Shown here piece by piece: positions 49,922-59,802 of a stretch of DNA of 64,000 bases (its first letter is position 1; each line of letters starts with the position of its first letter). This stretch comes from a virus: IMG/VR virus record IMGVR_UViG_3300033816_000195, positions 9,499 through 73,498 of that record; one strand, given 5' to 3'. The notes beneath the pieces were generated by a model. The model was not told the DNA's origin and did no database searches. It was given only the letters and a program-made list of their open reading frames with translations. The translations under genes were made by a program, and so were the position numbers.

Positions 49922-50167
49922 TTAAATTTTTTTACCTGAAGCAAGATTATTAAATTCTTTTGCTTTTTCTGCTGCCATCTTTTTTACATCAGCCATTAAC
50001 TTAGTATTCTTTTGAATCTCAGCAGCTCTTTGTAATGTAGACATAGCAGATTCAACTTCCCACTTTCTCATCTCTGCTTTACCACCCCCTAAAATAGAAA
50101 TACCAACAGTAGAAGAACTCTTCTTAGTTGGTGTTGATTTTTTAGTTGTTGTTTTTTTTATTGCCAT
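49922..50167 (-). CDS. Small basic protein
   Basis: 81 aa; K/T-rich N-terminal tail plus helical WEVESAMSTLQRAAEI domain. Confidence 0.7.
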   Translation of the reverse strand: MAIKKTTTKKSTPTKKSSSTVGISILGGGKAEMRKWEVESAMSTLQRAAEIQKNTKLMADVKKMAAEKAKEFNNLASGKKI

Positions 50168-50169
50168 AA

Positions 50170-50508
50170 CTATACTTTTTTAACTCTTCTTCCCATACCT
50201 ACTTTAGACTTTTCAGCTTTCTTAGCAGCTAGTTTAGAAGGAGTTAGTTCATACTTTGTTTTAGGAGTATCCTTTGATACTCTTTTTGTAGGCCGGCAGT
50301 ATTCATTTTTACCACCGGCACCACAAGGTTTTCCTGATTTAGTATCTTGCCACTTCTCTGCTTGCCATCTTTTTAGTTCAGTTCCTTTCTCAGTCTTCCT
50401 AACTTGACCTTTACCTTTTCTACACTTTGCAATAGCTTGTGATGCTCTTGCTGAAGGAAAAACAGCATATCTGGATTTTACACTATGATAGCAAGAATCT
50501 TTAGGCAT
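50170..50508 (-). CDS. Basic phage protein, DUF5872-like
   Basis: CYHSVKSRYAVFPSARASQAIAKCRK...LKRWQAEKWQD...CG...YCRPTKRVS..TPKT; family recalled from memory. Confidence 0.6.
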   Translation of the reverse strand: MPKDSCYHSVKSRYAVFPSARASQAIAKCRKGKGQVRKTEKGTELKRWQAEKWQDTKSGKPCGAGGKNEYCRPTKRVSKDTPKTKYELTPSKLAAKKAEKSKVGMGRRVKKV

Positions 50509-50510
50509 GA

Positions 50511-50732
50511 CTATTTTTTCTTAGCTTTTACCATTCCACCCTTTTTCATCATTCTGCCATACATTGCTTCTGGTATAGCAGTTTTAGGAGCTTTAGAAGT
50601 ACCACCAACTTTACCTTTTGGTTTAGTTTGTTTTTTCAATGCTGGATTTGTACCTCCAGTTTTTCCACTAGGTGTTTTATCAGCACCCATTAACTTTTTA
50701 GACTTTGTTTTAGTCACGTTAGCAGCTTTCAT
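50511..50732 (-). CDS. Small histone-H1-like (K/P/T/G-rich) basic protein
   Basis: Start re-assigned to the ATG at 50732 (MKAANV) to avoid overlap with the upstream gene; ends MMKKGGMVKAKKK. Confidence 0.7.
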   Translation of the reverse strand: MKAANVTKTKSKKLMGADKTPSGKTGGTNPALKKQTKPKGKVGGTSKAPKTAIPEAMYGRMMKKGGMVKAKKK

Positions 50733-50745
50733 TTTATTTTTAAAT

Positions 50746-51762
50746 TTAAGAGTTCCAATACTTTTCACAGGATGCATTAAGATCTTTTAAAATATCCTCA
50801 TTTAAAGGATTTTTTAAATACTCAACAACATCAGATACATTTCTACCAAGTAAACTATTTGTCTTAGCATGGTAAATATATCCATCTGCCTTATTTATAA
50901 TATACTTAAAAAAAACGGAATCTCTAACAATTGATTTAAGTTTTAATGTTTCCATGTCAAAATTAGATGCTTCAATGAATGATTTTGCAGCTCTTTCTTT
51001 GTTAGATTCCCCACCTTCACCGTTAATATGTCTATCCATATTTTCATAAATAGAGTCTAATGGTGTAGATTTTCTATATTGTGTACTGTTAATATCTACA
51101 ACTTTAGCAATGTAGAATAACTTAGTACTGTTTTTGTCAAATAATTTTTGAAGTTCAGAAAGTGCTTTGTTACGCATTTTCTTATATTCAGTTCTTGCTA
51201 CTACAGTTTCTTCTTCTTTATCTAAATAAAACTTAGGGGGTACTGCTTTAGATCTAGCATCATCATAGCTTTTAGCTACAATAGAAAATCCTCCGGCTTC
51301 TATAGCAAATAACTTAACTCTATCATAAGGATCTTTAGTATCTAAATATAAAGGTTCATTACCACATGCAATAGTAATCTTATTCCAGAACTCTGCATTA
51401 TCAGGCTTTAATACTTTTACTTTATTCCAAAATTGAGGATCCTCTATTTCTAATACATTAGCAGCTAGTTCTTTTTCTAATTCAGCAACAGCTTCTCTTA
51501 TTTGTTTTATTCTAGCTTCTTTTTCTTCTGTAGGTAAGAGTTTAATTTCAGGAGCAAATTCATTAAGTCCTGTAAGATATCTTACTATACCATTGTTTTC
51601 TAAACAGGCTAATTGTTCATGATGTTTTACACCATCATAAAGAGATAGACCATAGTTTTCTAAACCCATATTTGACATAGTATTGTCAAAGAACGGACGC
51701 ACTGCAATTTTAGTTTTTTTGTTGGTAGCTTTATTAGTTTCTACCATTGTGAAATTTTCCAT
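50746..51762 (-). CDS. Conserved capsid-module protein following MCP (crAss gene-75-like)
   Basis: 338 aa directly after MCP; FWNK...LYLD.KDP.D and VEYLKNPLN motifs. Confidence 0.6.
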   Translation of the reverse strand: MENFTMVETNKATNKKTKIAVRPFFDNTMSNMGLENYGLSLYDGVKHHEQLACLENNGIVRYLTGLNEFAPEIKLLPTEEKEARIKQIREAVAELEKELAANVLEIEDPQFWNKVKVLKPDNAEFWNKITIACGNEPLYLDTKDPYDRVKLFAIEAGGFSIVAKSYDDARSKAVPPKFYLDKEEETVVARTEYKKMRNKALSELQKLFDKNSTKLFYIAKVVDINSTQYRKSTPLDSIYENMDRHINGEGGESNKERAAKSFIEASNFDMETLKLKSIVRDSVFFKYIINKADGYIYHAKTNSLLGRNVSDVVEYLKNPLNEDILKDLNASCEKYWNS

Positions 51763-51799
51763 GTTTTGTTGGTTTTTATTTGTTGGTTATTAAATTAAG

Positions 51800-51833
51800 A
51801 AAAAAAGGGGGCAGTTGCTTAGCACCCACCCCC
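51800..51833 (-). terminator. Rho-independent terminator after the major capsid gene
   Basis: Minus strand GGGGGTGGGTGC-TAA-GCAACTGCCCCC followed by a T run. Confidence 0.85.
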
Positions 51834-51850
51834 ATTTTATATATGATGGA

Positions 51851-53467
51851 TTAGAATGAACCACCAGTGATTGGGTTTCTCATAACAATCTTAAGGACTT
51901 TAGTTGGATCCTTAACCCAGATAGCTGGCATTGTTTGAGACATCATTACACGGTATCCATTGAACTGACCAGAAGATTGGAACCCTTGAGTTCTTCCCAT
52001 GTAGTCCATAGTACCATTTTGATACCACCACTTCAACTGATTATCCCAAGATAATTTTAACATGTAAATATTATCATTAGTATTATCAGTGATATCAAAG
52101 ATAATAAATGAGTAAGAAGATAATGGGAAACCATCAATGATTGGGTTCTCAATATCATTTGTATGAACATTGTCAAATGCTGGGTTAAGAACAAACTTAA
52201 CATTTGCCAAGAATGGAATTACATATGAAGTATAAGCAAATCCAAAGTTCAAGTCCATACCTTTACCAGTAATTGCACCAATGTCAGCAGCTTGGATAAG
52301 AAGACCAGAAGAAATAGCTTCTCTTTTGATAGCTTCATTTACCATACGCATACCACCCATACCAGTTTGAACTACTAGAGATCTTTTTGGATCTGGACCT
52401 TGGAACTCAACTTTACCATTAAAGAAGTTGTAGATTTCTCCACGGAACAAATCAAGTGTAAAGTTATTTTTGTTATATACTCTTTTGAAAGAGTTATCTA
52501 ACTGTTTCCAAAGACCCACAGATAATCTAACATCATCTGGACCATCTTGACGCACTCTACCACCATGTCCCCACATTAAGTAAGTCTCAATGTCAGAAGC
52601 AACTTTGCTCAAGTGAGCAGCTTCCATTGTAGTTAAGAATGTTCTAGAAAGATCACCATTATCAAATGCTCTTTTAACTTTATCTTTACCAAGTTTCTTA
52701 ATCATATCATCTAATGATGTGATTGAAGGATCCATAGTTTTATCAAAAGTTCTCCAGATCTCAGTTACAGGAACTGTACCATCTGCATTCATTCCACCTT
52801 TAATCATCAAGTCTGCACGTGATGAGATAGAATAATGTACGTGAGCTTCAGCACCTCCTACAAAGTTGTAGAATTCACGGAAACCTGCATTAGTGATGAT
52901 GTCAGAAAATCTTTCACCATACTCACCTCTAGCAGAACCTTTACGGAATACTTTAGTACCATTTGATAAATACTTATTCTCAAGATATTTATAATTGTCA
53001 TTGTTTACAAGTTGTACAGTATAGATGAATCCATCACCAATTGGTAAGATATCTTCATTTGTAATGTACATCTCAACACCATTATACTTATCATAAGTAA
53101 TGATATCACCATGACCAAATTCTCTTTTGCTGATTTTGATACGGAAAGTACCACCATCTACACCTTTGAACTCATTGTCTGGTTCAATGTCTTCAATAAT
53201 GTAAGGAAGATCTACAGATACAGGAGTCTGCCATCTGTACTCTCCACGAGCATTATCTACCATAATTACATTTTTACCACCAAAGCTAGACATTTGGTAA
53301 AGAGGCATTTCAACCTTCTGAGCCATAGCCCAAAGGTCCACTGGACCTAGATCCATTGGTTCTGCATCCTTTAACATGTTAACCAAGTGGTAAGAGTCTA
53401 CGTGTGAACTTGCCGCATAGGCTGTATCCCGTAGAAAGATACCATTGTTTAAAACTGGAGTTGCCAT
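51851..53467 (-). CDS. Major capsid protein (crAss-like, HK97 fold)
   Basis: 538 aa. Order terminase-portal-scaffold-MCP; visibly more C-ending codons than its neighbours; GLWKQL and VQTGMGG motifs; terminator directly downstream. Confidence 0.85.
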   Translation of the reverse strand: MATPVLNNGIFLRDTAYAASSHVDSYHLVNMLKDAEPMDLGPVDLWAMAQKVEMPLYQMSSFGGKNVIMVDNARGEYRWQTPVSVDLPYIIEDIEPDNEFKGVDGGTFRIKISKREFGHGDIITYDKYNGVEMYITNEDILPIGDGFIYTVQLVNNDNYKYLENKYLSNGTKVFRKGSARGEYGERFSDIITNAGFREFYNFVGGAEAHVHYSISSRADLMIKGGMNADGTVPVTEIWRTFDKTMDPSITSLDDMIKKLGKDKVKRAFDNGDLSRTFLTTMEAAHLSKVASDIETYLMWGHGGRVRQDGPDDVRLSVGLWKQLDNSFKRVYNKNNFTLDLFRGEIYNFFNGKVEFQGPDPKRSLVVQTGMGGMRMVNEAIKREAISSGLLIQAADIGAITGKGMDLNFGFAYTSYVIPFLANVKFVLNPAFDNVHTNDIENPIIDGFPLSSYSFIIFDITDNTNDNIYMLKLSWDNQLKWWYQNGTMDYMGRTQGFQSSGQFNGYRVMMSQTMPAIWVKDPTKVLKIVMRNPITGGSF

Positions 53468-53495
53468 TTTTATTTGTTATTTAAATTGTTACTAA

Positions 53496-54749
53496 TTAAA
53501 ATCTCTTGAACATGTTAGCTCTTGAGATGGTTCTTTGTTGTGAAGATCTACTAGCTCTTCTTGTTTCTTCAGGCTCTTCATAGCTTGAAGAACCAGTCTT
53601 TCTAGATTCTTCTGTTTTTAATTTTCTTACTGTATCTTCTACAGCTTTTTTAGTTCCTTGATCCTTTACTTTATTTTTATAACCATCTGGGTCAGCAAGT
53701 AACCAAAGTGCTTCTGCAATAAGATCATGTCTTGGTTGCACAAATTGATACTTCTCTAGGAGATGGCCTAATAAATTTGTAGGTTTTCCGGAGATTGAAG
53801 GGTAATTTGGTTGAACTAATCCTGAGTATAAAAGACTCTGGGTTTTTTTATCAATCTTAATTCCACCAAGCTCACCAACTGCAAGAGTATTATATACATT
53901 ATCTGTATATGCTTTTGCTTGTTGTTGTTGCTGTTCTTTTCTTTCTTCTTGTTCAGCTAATTGTCTTGCAATAATTTCTTCTTGCATTCTATCTAACTTA
54001 GGTTTAAACTGATTAGCTTTTTGTTCTAATTTACCTATGTCAGACCAATCTTGAATTTCAGCTTCTATTTCTTCAGCTGTTCCAAAATTAGTAGCATACA
54101 AATACTGTCTTGCAATTTCTGCTTGATCATATTCATCAGATGGATCAAGCTGTCTCATTTCTTCTACTTGAGCAAGTGTTCTGAATAAACCTTTAAGATC
54201 TTGTCCTCCATCAGCTACATATTTAGCAGCTACTTGAAGTTCTTCAGGTAAAGAATTAAAAAATTCTCTTGGAGTATTTTTTCTTACTTCAGCTTCTCTC
54301 TCTTGGAAATTAGCTTCAAATAATTCTCTAAAATCTTTAGTAGTATATTCTTCTAAAGGTTTCTCATCATCAAAAGGAATAAGGGTTCCTTCTTCAATCA
54401 TTTTTAGAGCTAACTCAGCAAGACCTGATTTATCTACTTTAGGTCTACCTTTATTACCTGCATCTTCTTCTTGAGAAATAAGATCATTTAATTCAGCAAT
54501 AGTTTCTTCAACCTCTTTCTTCTTTTCTGCTTCTTCAGTTTTATCTTCAGGAGCAGTTTTGTCAAGGAACGTAAAATCTGTTTCTTCTTTTGTAAATAAA
54601 TTTTTCTTTTCTGGTTTTTCAGAATCAGAAGGTAACATTACATTTTCTGCTCCGGGTATCCCAAATAATTCATCAATATTTACATCTACTTGGTCTACCG
54701 TTGTAGACTGTTGTACCTGTTCATCAGGCTTTTTGTTGGTTTCTTCCAT
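53496..54749 (-). CDS. Probable capsid scaffolding protein (crAss gene-77-like)
   Basis: Acidic, helical/coiled-coil 417 aa protein between portal and MCP, with a basic C-terminal tip. Confidence 0.65.
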   Translation of the reverse strand: MEETNKKPDEQVQQSTTVDQVDVNIDELFGIPGAENVMLPSDSEKPEKKNLFTKEETDFTFLDKTAPEDKTEEAEKKKEVEETIAELNDLISQEEDAGNKGRPKVDKSGLAELALKMIEEGTLIPFDDEKPLEEYTTKDFRELFEANFQEREAEVRKNTPREFFNSLPEELQVAAKYVADGGQDLKGLFRTLAQVEEMRQLDPSDEYDQAEIARQYLYATNFGTAEEIEAEIQDWSDIGKLEQKANQFKPKLDRMQEEIIARQLAEQEERKEQQQQQAKAYTDNVYNTLAVGELGGIKIDKKTQSLLYSGLVQPNYPSISGKPTNLLGHLLEKYQFVQPRHDLIAEALWLLADPDGYKNKVKDQGTKKAVEDTVRKLKTEESRKTGSSSYEEPEETRRASRSSQQRTISRANMFKRF

Positions 54750-54775
54750 TTGTTGGTTTTTTAATGGTTATACTT

Positions 54776-54787
54776 TAATATACAAAA
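54776..54787 (-). promoter_or_regulatory. Candidate late promoter element (TTTTGTATATTA) ahead of the scaffold-MCP operon
   Basis: Intergenic, 26 nt upstream of the scaffold ATG. Confidence 0.5.
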
Positions 54788-54842
54788 TAAACTTGAAAAA
54801 TTTAAAATACTACAGCAACTTTTTTGCATTATATAGCTAAGT

Positions 54843-57590
54843 TTATTTTTTATCTTTACTAGATTTAGAATCAAACTTATTTTTGTTCTCTCTTGCTATC
54901 TGTAACTGCTTATCTGCTATTTCTTTTTGTGCTTGTATTTTTTCTCTTTCAATACTCATTTTTTGATTTTGTCTAGTATTTTCATTTACTTGTTTTTCTC
55001 TTTGTAAACTTGTTTGTTGTTCATACTGTTCACTTTGTCTGATATCTTTCATAGCATCTTGGAAATCAGACATTTCATTTTTATTAACATCTGCCATAGA
55101 GCCGTATCCAGCAGCTTTAATTTCTGCAATAAGAATATCTTTCTGTCTATTCTTCTCAGCTTCCATAGCCTCATGATCTCTTTTAAGTTTTCCTTCTTCA
55201 GCTTGTGCTTGCAATTGTTGCTCTTGCATTTGTTGCTGTTGCTGTAGCTCAGATTGTTTTTGAGCTTGTACTTTAGATTCTGAATCTCTGAGAACATTAT
55301 TGAGTTGACCAATACTATCTGATTGTATTATTCTACCTAAGTCATAGATACTTGCTCCAGCAGTATTATTAGTCATTGCTAATTGTTTTAACTGTTCTAG
55401 TACAGATCTATGGTTTGCTGTAGTAGAAGCAAATATGTTAAGATCTCTTAACAATAAATCAGTTCCATTTATTTGAAAGTTTACTTTCTCATCATTACTA
55501 GTAATATAGGTTAATCTAGTGGATGGTTTAGTAGAATGATAGTACTGAGCTAAGTCAGTTCTCATTTGATGTACTCTTGGCATTAAATAATCACAGTGCT
55601 GTATAAAGAACATTTCTGTTTGAGCATAAGAAGCCGCAGCAGCTTGCTCTACTCCAGTAGCAGTCATCTGAGCTATTTGTTGTCCCATCCTTTGTGGATT
55701 AACACCAATTACTTCATAGGCCTGTTGTTTAAAGTGATTAGCTAACTGTATCCTAGACATTAATCTTTCTGTCTGAGATAGATCTAGTTTTTGGAAATGT
55801 TGGAAGTTTAATGCATTTTCAGTGTTTGTAATAGAAGTATCTAAAGGTAACATCTGAAAGTTCTTCATTGCAACATATGCTTTAGCCAAATTATTTTTAC
55901 CCCAGTCTTCTCCTAATGAGTGTCTTGGTAAAGTATTTTGATCAAGCATAATGATAGTACCTAGTTCATCAACTAGTATATCAGCTATCTGATTGTTGAC
56001 AATGTTATATCCAATCTGGTATGGCTTCATTAAGTCAATAAGTGCTGTAGACTTGGTATTTCTATCAGAGAAAACAGAACCTTCTACTGGAAGCTTACAA
56101 CCATATAAAGTACTATCTCCTTTAAATTGAAATTTAAGAGGACCTATATGGTTTCTATCTACACCAATATAAATAGGTGAGAATCCGCCTGGGTTATTCA
56201 TACCCCAGAATGATGGAATATTTGGTCCAATTTTTATACCACCCCAAACTTCATTAATCCAGATCCAATCTATATGTTCACCAAATATGATATTATCTTT
56301 TGTTTTATTTTTAAAAAGTCTAGTATCATAAATAGCTTTATCAGTTATCTTGTAATCTTCTGTTACTATTTCTGTTGTTACTTCTCCATTATCAGCAACC
56401 TTAGTTAAATGACCTACTTTTTTCTGTGACTTCCAGTAACCTGTAGTTACTCTTAATAAATATGCAGTACCTTGATCAAAGTAATCTTCACCTTCTGATA
56501 GTATTTGATTTATAATATCTCCGCCATCCATTACAGATCCTGCTACTGCAGTAGTATATTGTCTGTATGCAAGTGAAGGCATATTAGTGTTCCATTCATG
56601 AGATTTGGTACCATCATAGTAACTACCATCATTTTGATAACCACCTACAATATAACCACCAGATCTAATTGGATATACAGCTTCTAGAGCTTCTAACTGC
56701 TCTTCTGTCATTATGTAACCATACTTATCTATAACATCAGCTACTGTAAGCATATCTATCTTACCTACCCAATTACCTTCAGATATATATCTATTATCAG
56801 GAGACTTATGATAGAATGTTACTACTGGATTCCAGAGTTCTACTAGATAGTCATCTTCCATCATATGAAAATGCCAGAATTCTCTATCTGTAATTAACAT
56901 ATCACGGAAACCTCTTTCTTCTAGCTCATCCATTCTAAATCTTTCAACATCTACTTTATGTTGATGTGTTGCCCATTCTTCAATCATAGATCTATAATCT
57001 TTCTTAAAGAATTGTTCTATTTCAGGAAGAGTTTTTAGTTTCTCTGGATTAAGTTGTTCTTGAGCCTCTGGTGATGCTAAATCTAAACCTTGTTCTAATA
57101 AAGCTGCAGTAAGTTTTACTTGAGCATCTGCCATTAGAGTTTCTTCAACCATCTTTTGTTTTTGCTCAAGCATCTCATTATATGAGAATTCATCAACAGC
57201 ACGGTATGTAAGTTTAGTTGATCTTTTAGCAAATTCAGCTACTAGAACATTAATTACATTTGGAACTATAGGATAAAATTTTAACTCAAGTGCAGAAGCA
57301 TCTTCTTTAGTAAGAATCTCTACAATGTCTCTATACTCATTATCTTCTTCAACAATATAGTCTGTTTTATCTATAATACCTTTTGCAAGTTTATAGTTTT
57401 TAAGCAATCTTCTTGCATTTCTTCTTATTTGTTTTAGACCATTCCATTCTAACCAGTCTAAATTCCAAGCTGCCCACTCTTCATTTTTATCAGTTTTTGG
57501 GACAAACTGCAAAGGTTGTGTAATACTACCCATGCGGTTCTGTTCTACCTTAGCTCCTTTTTTTAGTTGTAACGCATTATATACTTGCAT
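54843..57590 (-). CDS. Portal protein
   Basis: 915 aa after the terminase; FYPIVPNVINVLVAE, WINEVWGGIKIG, LIDLMKPYQI.YNIV motifs; Q-rich coiled-coil C-terminus. Confidence 0.88.
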   Translation of the reverse strand: MQVYNALQLKKGAKVEQNRMGSITQPLQFVPKTDKNEEWAAWNLDWLEWNGLKQIRRNARRLLKNYKLAKGIIDKTDYIVEEDNEYRDIVEILTKEDASALELKFYPIVPNVINVLVAEFAKRSTKLTYRAVDEFSYNEMLEQKQKMVEETLMADAQVKLTAALLEQGLDLASPEAQEQLNPEKLKTLPEIEQFFKKDYRSMIEEWATHQHKVDVERFRMDELEERGFRDMLITDREFWHFHMMEDDYLVELWNPVVTFYHKSPDNRYISEGNWVGKIDMLTVADVIDKYGYIMTEEQLEALEAVYPIRSGGYIVGGYQNDGSYYDGTKSHEWNTNMPSLAYRQYTTAVAGSVMDGGDIINQILSEGEDYFDQGTAYLLRVTTGYWKSQKKVGHLTKVADNGEVTTEIVTEDYKITDKAIYDTRLFKNKTKDNIIFGEHIDWIWINEVWGGIKIGPNIPSFWGMNNPGGFSPIYIGVDRNHIGPLKFQFKGDSTLYGCKLPVEGSVFSDRNTKSTALIDLMKPYQIGYNIVNNQIADILVDELGTIIMLDQNTLPRHSLGEDWGKNNLAKAYVAMKNFQMLPLDTSITNTENALNFQHFQKLDLSQTERLMSRIQLANHFKQQAYEVIGVNPQRMGQQIAQMTATGVEQAAAASYAQTEMFFIQHCDYLMPRVHQMRTDLAQYYHSTKPSTRLTYITSNDEKVNFQINGTDLLLRDLNIFASTTANHRSVLEQLKQLAMTNNTAGASIYDLGRIIQSDSIGQLNNVLRDSESKVQAQKQSELQQQQQMQEQQLQAQAEEGKLKRDHEAMEAEKNRQKDILIAEIKAAGYGSMADVNKNEMSDFQDAMKDIRQSEQYEQQTSLQREKQVNENTRQNQKMSIEREKIQAQKEIADKQLQIARENKNKFDSKSSKDKK

Positions 57591-57595
57591 AACTT

Positions 57596-59800
57596 TTATT
57601 TAAAATTTTTAAAAGGAGATCTTTTAACTCCTTGCATTCCTTTATAATAAGATTTACCCATATGCCGGAACGGACTATTATTTAATTTAAACAAATTTTC
57701 TGACTTTTGCAAGTTTTTAGCTGCATCATCCATTATTGTTCTTTTAGAATATCCTCTATTTGACTGTTGTATTTTCATAAATGCAACTAAAGCACAAAAT
57801 GAAACTAGTCTATCCACGTTTACTCCTTCAGCATATTCTCTCATTTCTTTAAGTAACATGGGGTCTGGTATACGTTCAATACCATACTTAGTTCTAACAA
57901 TAGTACCATCTGTTTTTGTTTCAACATCTAATTCCTCTTTAGTATATTCTATAGCATAACTAAGAAGGTGAGCTTTAAAAAGAGTACCTGTATTTTTCCA
58001 GCCATATTCCTGGAACACATTAGCATTAGCTCCTAGATCTTTTAGAAAAAGTATTTGACTCTTTGGTACTAGATATTTTTGTTTTTTTCTAGATATCATA
58101 TACTGTATAAAAAGAGATATGTTATTTTCTATCACTGTCCATGCATTATACCATTCTATAATAAGTTCTAACTTCTGATGGGTTTTATTAATATCATCAA
58201 ATCTACCACACCATGCTGCCACAATCTTATCTTGTTCTATATAAGTTTCTGTTTCTGTGCCTGAAACTTTAGTTACTTCAACAGGAGCTTTCATTACATA
58301 TATTGAACACAGTGATTCTGAGGTAGTTGTCTTGCCCTCAGACACTGGGTCAATAGATGCATAATACTGTCCAAAAACAGGATCTTTAATAGGTCTTTCC
58401 CATACAACAAGTACACCTGTTTTATCCTCTGTTTTTTTAGAAATAGGAAACTCCATAATAGGTCTTTTATTAGTTTCTTTAACTATGGGTTTTCCATTTT
58501 CATCTGTCATAATATCCAAGAATTCATATGCATATTCTTTATCTAAAATTCTTCTTTCTTGTGCAGCTACTAAATGTGTAGGGAACACAGATACAGATCT
58601 ATGATCAAAAGCTTCTTTAATATTTCTTGGATGCTGGGATATTCTTAACTGGTAGTCTTCTGGACTTAATTCTTTTTTCCACTGTTCAAATTGTTTCTCT
58701 AAAGCTTCTAATGCTTCTTCTACAAGTGAATTACCATAAGAATCTATATAAGGTGGCATAGACCATTGTTCAGGAATAAATAAACCTGATACGCCTACAG
58801 TACCTTTTTCATCTAAAAGATCTGTTTCTACTGCATATACATCTTTTGACAAAGGGTTTAAAATCATATCTCTAAGTGGGTTACATTGAGACAAGTCACC
58901 CACAGATCCAGCTGCTATGAACATACCTGTAGTGATTAAACCAGATCTCATTGCAGGTCTCATATACTCATATGTCTGATCCATCTTAGGAGCAATTCCA
59001 GCCTCTTCATGAAAAAAGAATTTTACTGGACCCCCTACACCATTTGTAGGATCTTTCTCAAATGACATACCTTGAATAGTACCTTTAAGACCAACTTCTG
59101 TTTTTCTATCTCCTTTTCTTACCTCAATCTTCTGTTGCCACATCATTACTTTTTGTGGATTCATTGGGCGGTACCATGCAGTATGTTCATTTAAGAATGC
59201 AGCATATTCATCTAAAAATTTCCAAGATCCTTTTTCATTAATATAATCTTTAAGACTGGCACCTATTTTTAAAGTAACCCCGGGCTCAAACCATTGTTGG
59301 TTTATAAGTTTACCCATATGATAATAAGAAGATGCTATCTGACGTTTCTTTAAAATAGCAGAATGTTTATAATTTAATTCTGCTAGTAATTCATAAAGAG
59401 CCATGTGATATTGAGCATCTCTAATTTTAGCAAAGTCAAACTTTTGTTGTTCTTTGTCAAAGATTGGTAAGAAATTTAACCACATGTAGTATTCTCTTGC
59501 AAGAAACCAAGTAGTATCTTTATCCTTTATAATTATACCTTTTCTACATTTAACTTTTTGATCATCCCAATAATTTATAAAGTCTCTTGATTTGAAGGGA
59601 GCTGTACAGTATACCCCATCTTTTTTAAATTTGGTTGACTCTGATATAAATACTTGGTTTGTAAGTTCATTAAACTCATACTTACCTGGTTCTTTGAATA
59701 CTCCAAAAATAAAGTTACTGAACTGCTCTCTGGATTCAAAGGTTGTAGTTGTCCATTCTCCGTTTTCATAAGTTGGTATGTCTTGATAAATTTCACTCAT
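57596..59800 (-). CDS. terL: Terminase large subunit
   Basis: Walker A-like LKKRQIASS, Walker B FFFHEEAG, RNase H-like nuclease YYASIDPV...VIENN...NVDRLVS. Confidence 0.93.
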   Translation of the reverse strand: MSEIYQDIPTYENGEWTTTTFESREQFSNFIFGVFKEPGKYEFNELTNQVFISESTKFKKDGVYCTAPFKSRDFINYWDDQKVKCRKGIIIKDKDTTWFLAREYYMWLNFLPIFDKEQQKFDFAKIRDAQYHMALYELLAELNYKHSAILKKRQIASSYYHMGKLINQQWFEPGVTLKIGASLKDYINEKGSWKFLDEYAAFLNEHTAWYRPMNPQKVMMWQQKIEVRKGDRKTEVGLKGTIQGMSFEKDPTNGVGGPVKFFFHEEAGIAPKMDQTYEYMRPAMRSGLITTGMFIAAGSVGDLSQCNPLRDMILNPLSKDVYAVETDLLDEKGTVGVSGLFIPEQWSMPPYIDSYGNSLVEEALEALEKQFEQWKKELSPEDYQLRISQHPRNIKEAFDHRSVSVFPTHLVAAQERRILDKEYAYEFLDIMTDENGKPIVKETNKRPIMEFPISKKTEDKTGVLVVWERPIKDPVFGQYYASIDPVSEGKTTTSESLCSIYVMKAPVEVTKVSGTETETYIEQDKIVAAWCGRFDDINKTHQKLELIIEWYNAWTVIENNISLFIQYMISRKKQKYLVPKSQILFLKDLGANANVFQEYGWKNTGTLFKAHLLSYAIEYTKEELDVETKTDGTIVRTKYGIERIPDPMLLKEMREYAEGVNVDRLVSFCALVAFMKIQQSNRGYSKRTIMDDAAKNLQKSENLFKLNNSPFRHMGKSYYKGMQGVKRSPFKNFK

Positions 59801-59802
59801 AA

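Noticed and set aside
51851-59800. Introns or inteins in terminase, portal or MCP
   Set aside because: The ORFs are uninterrupted and of expected size, with no visible intein C...HN ends or LAGLIDADG motifs.
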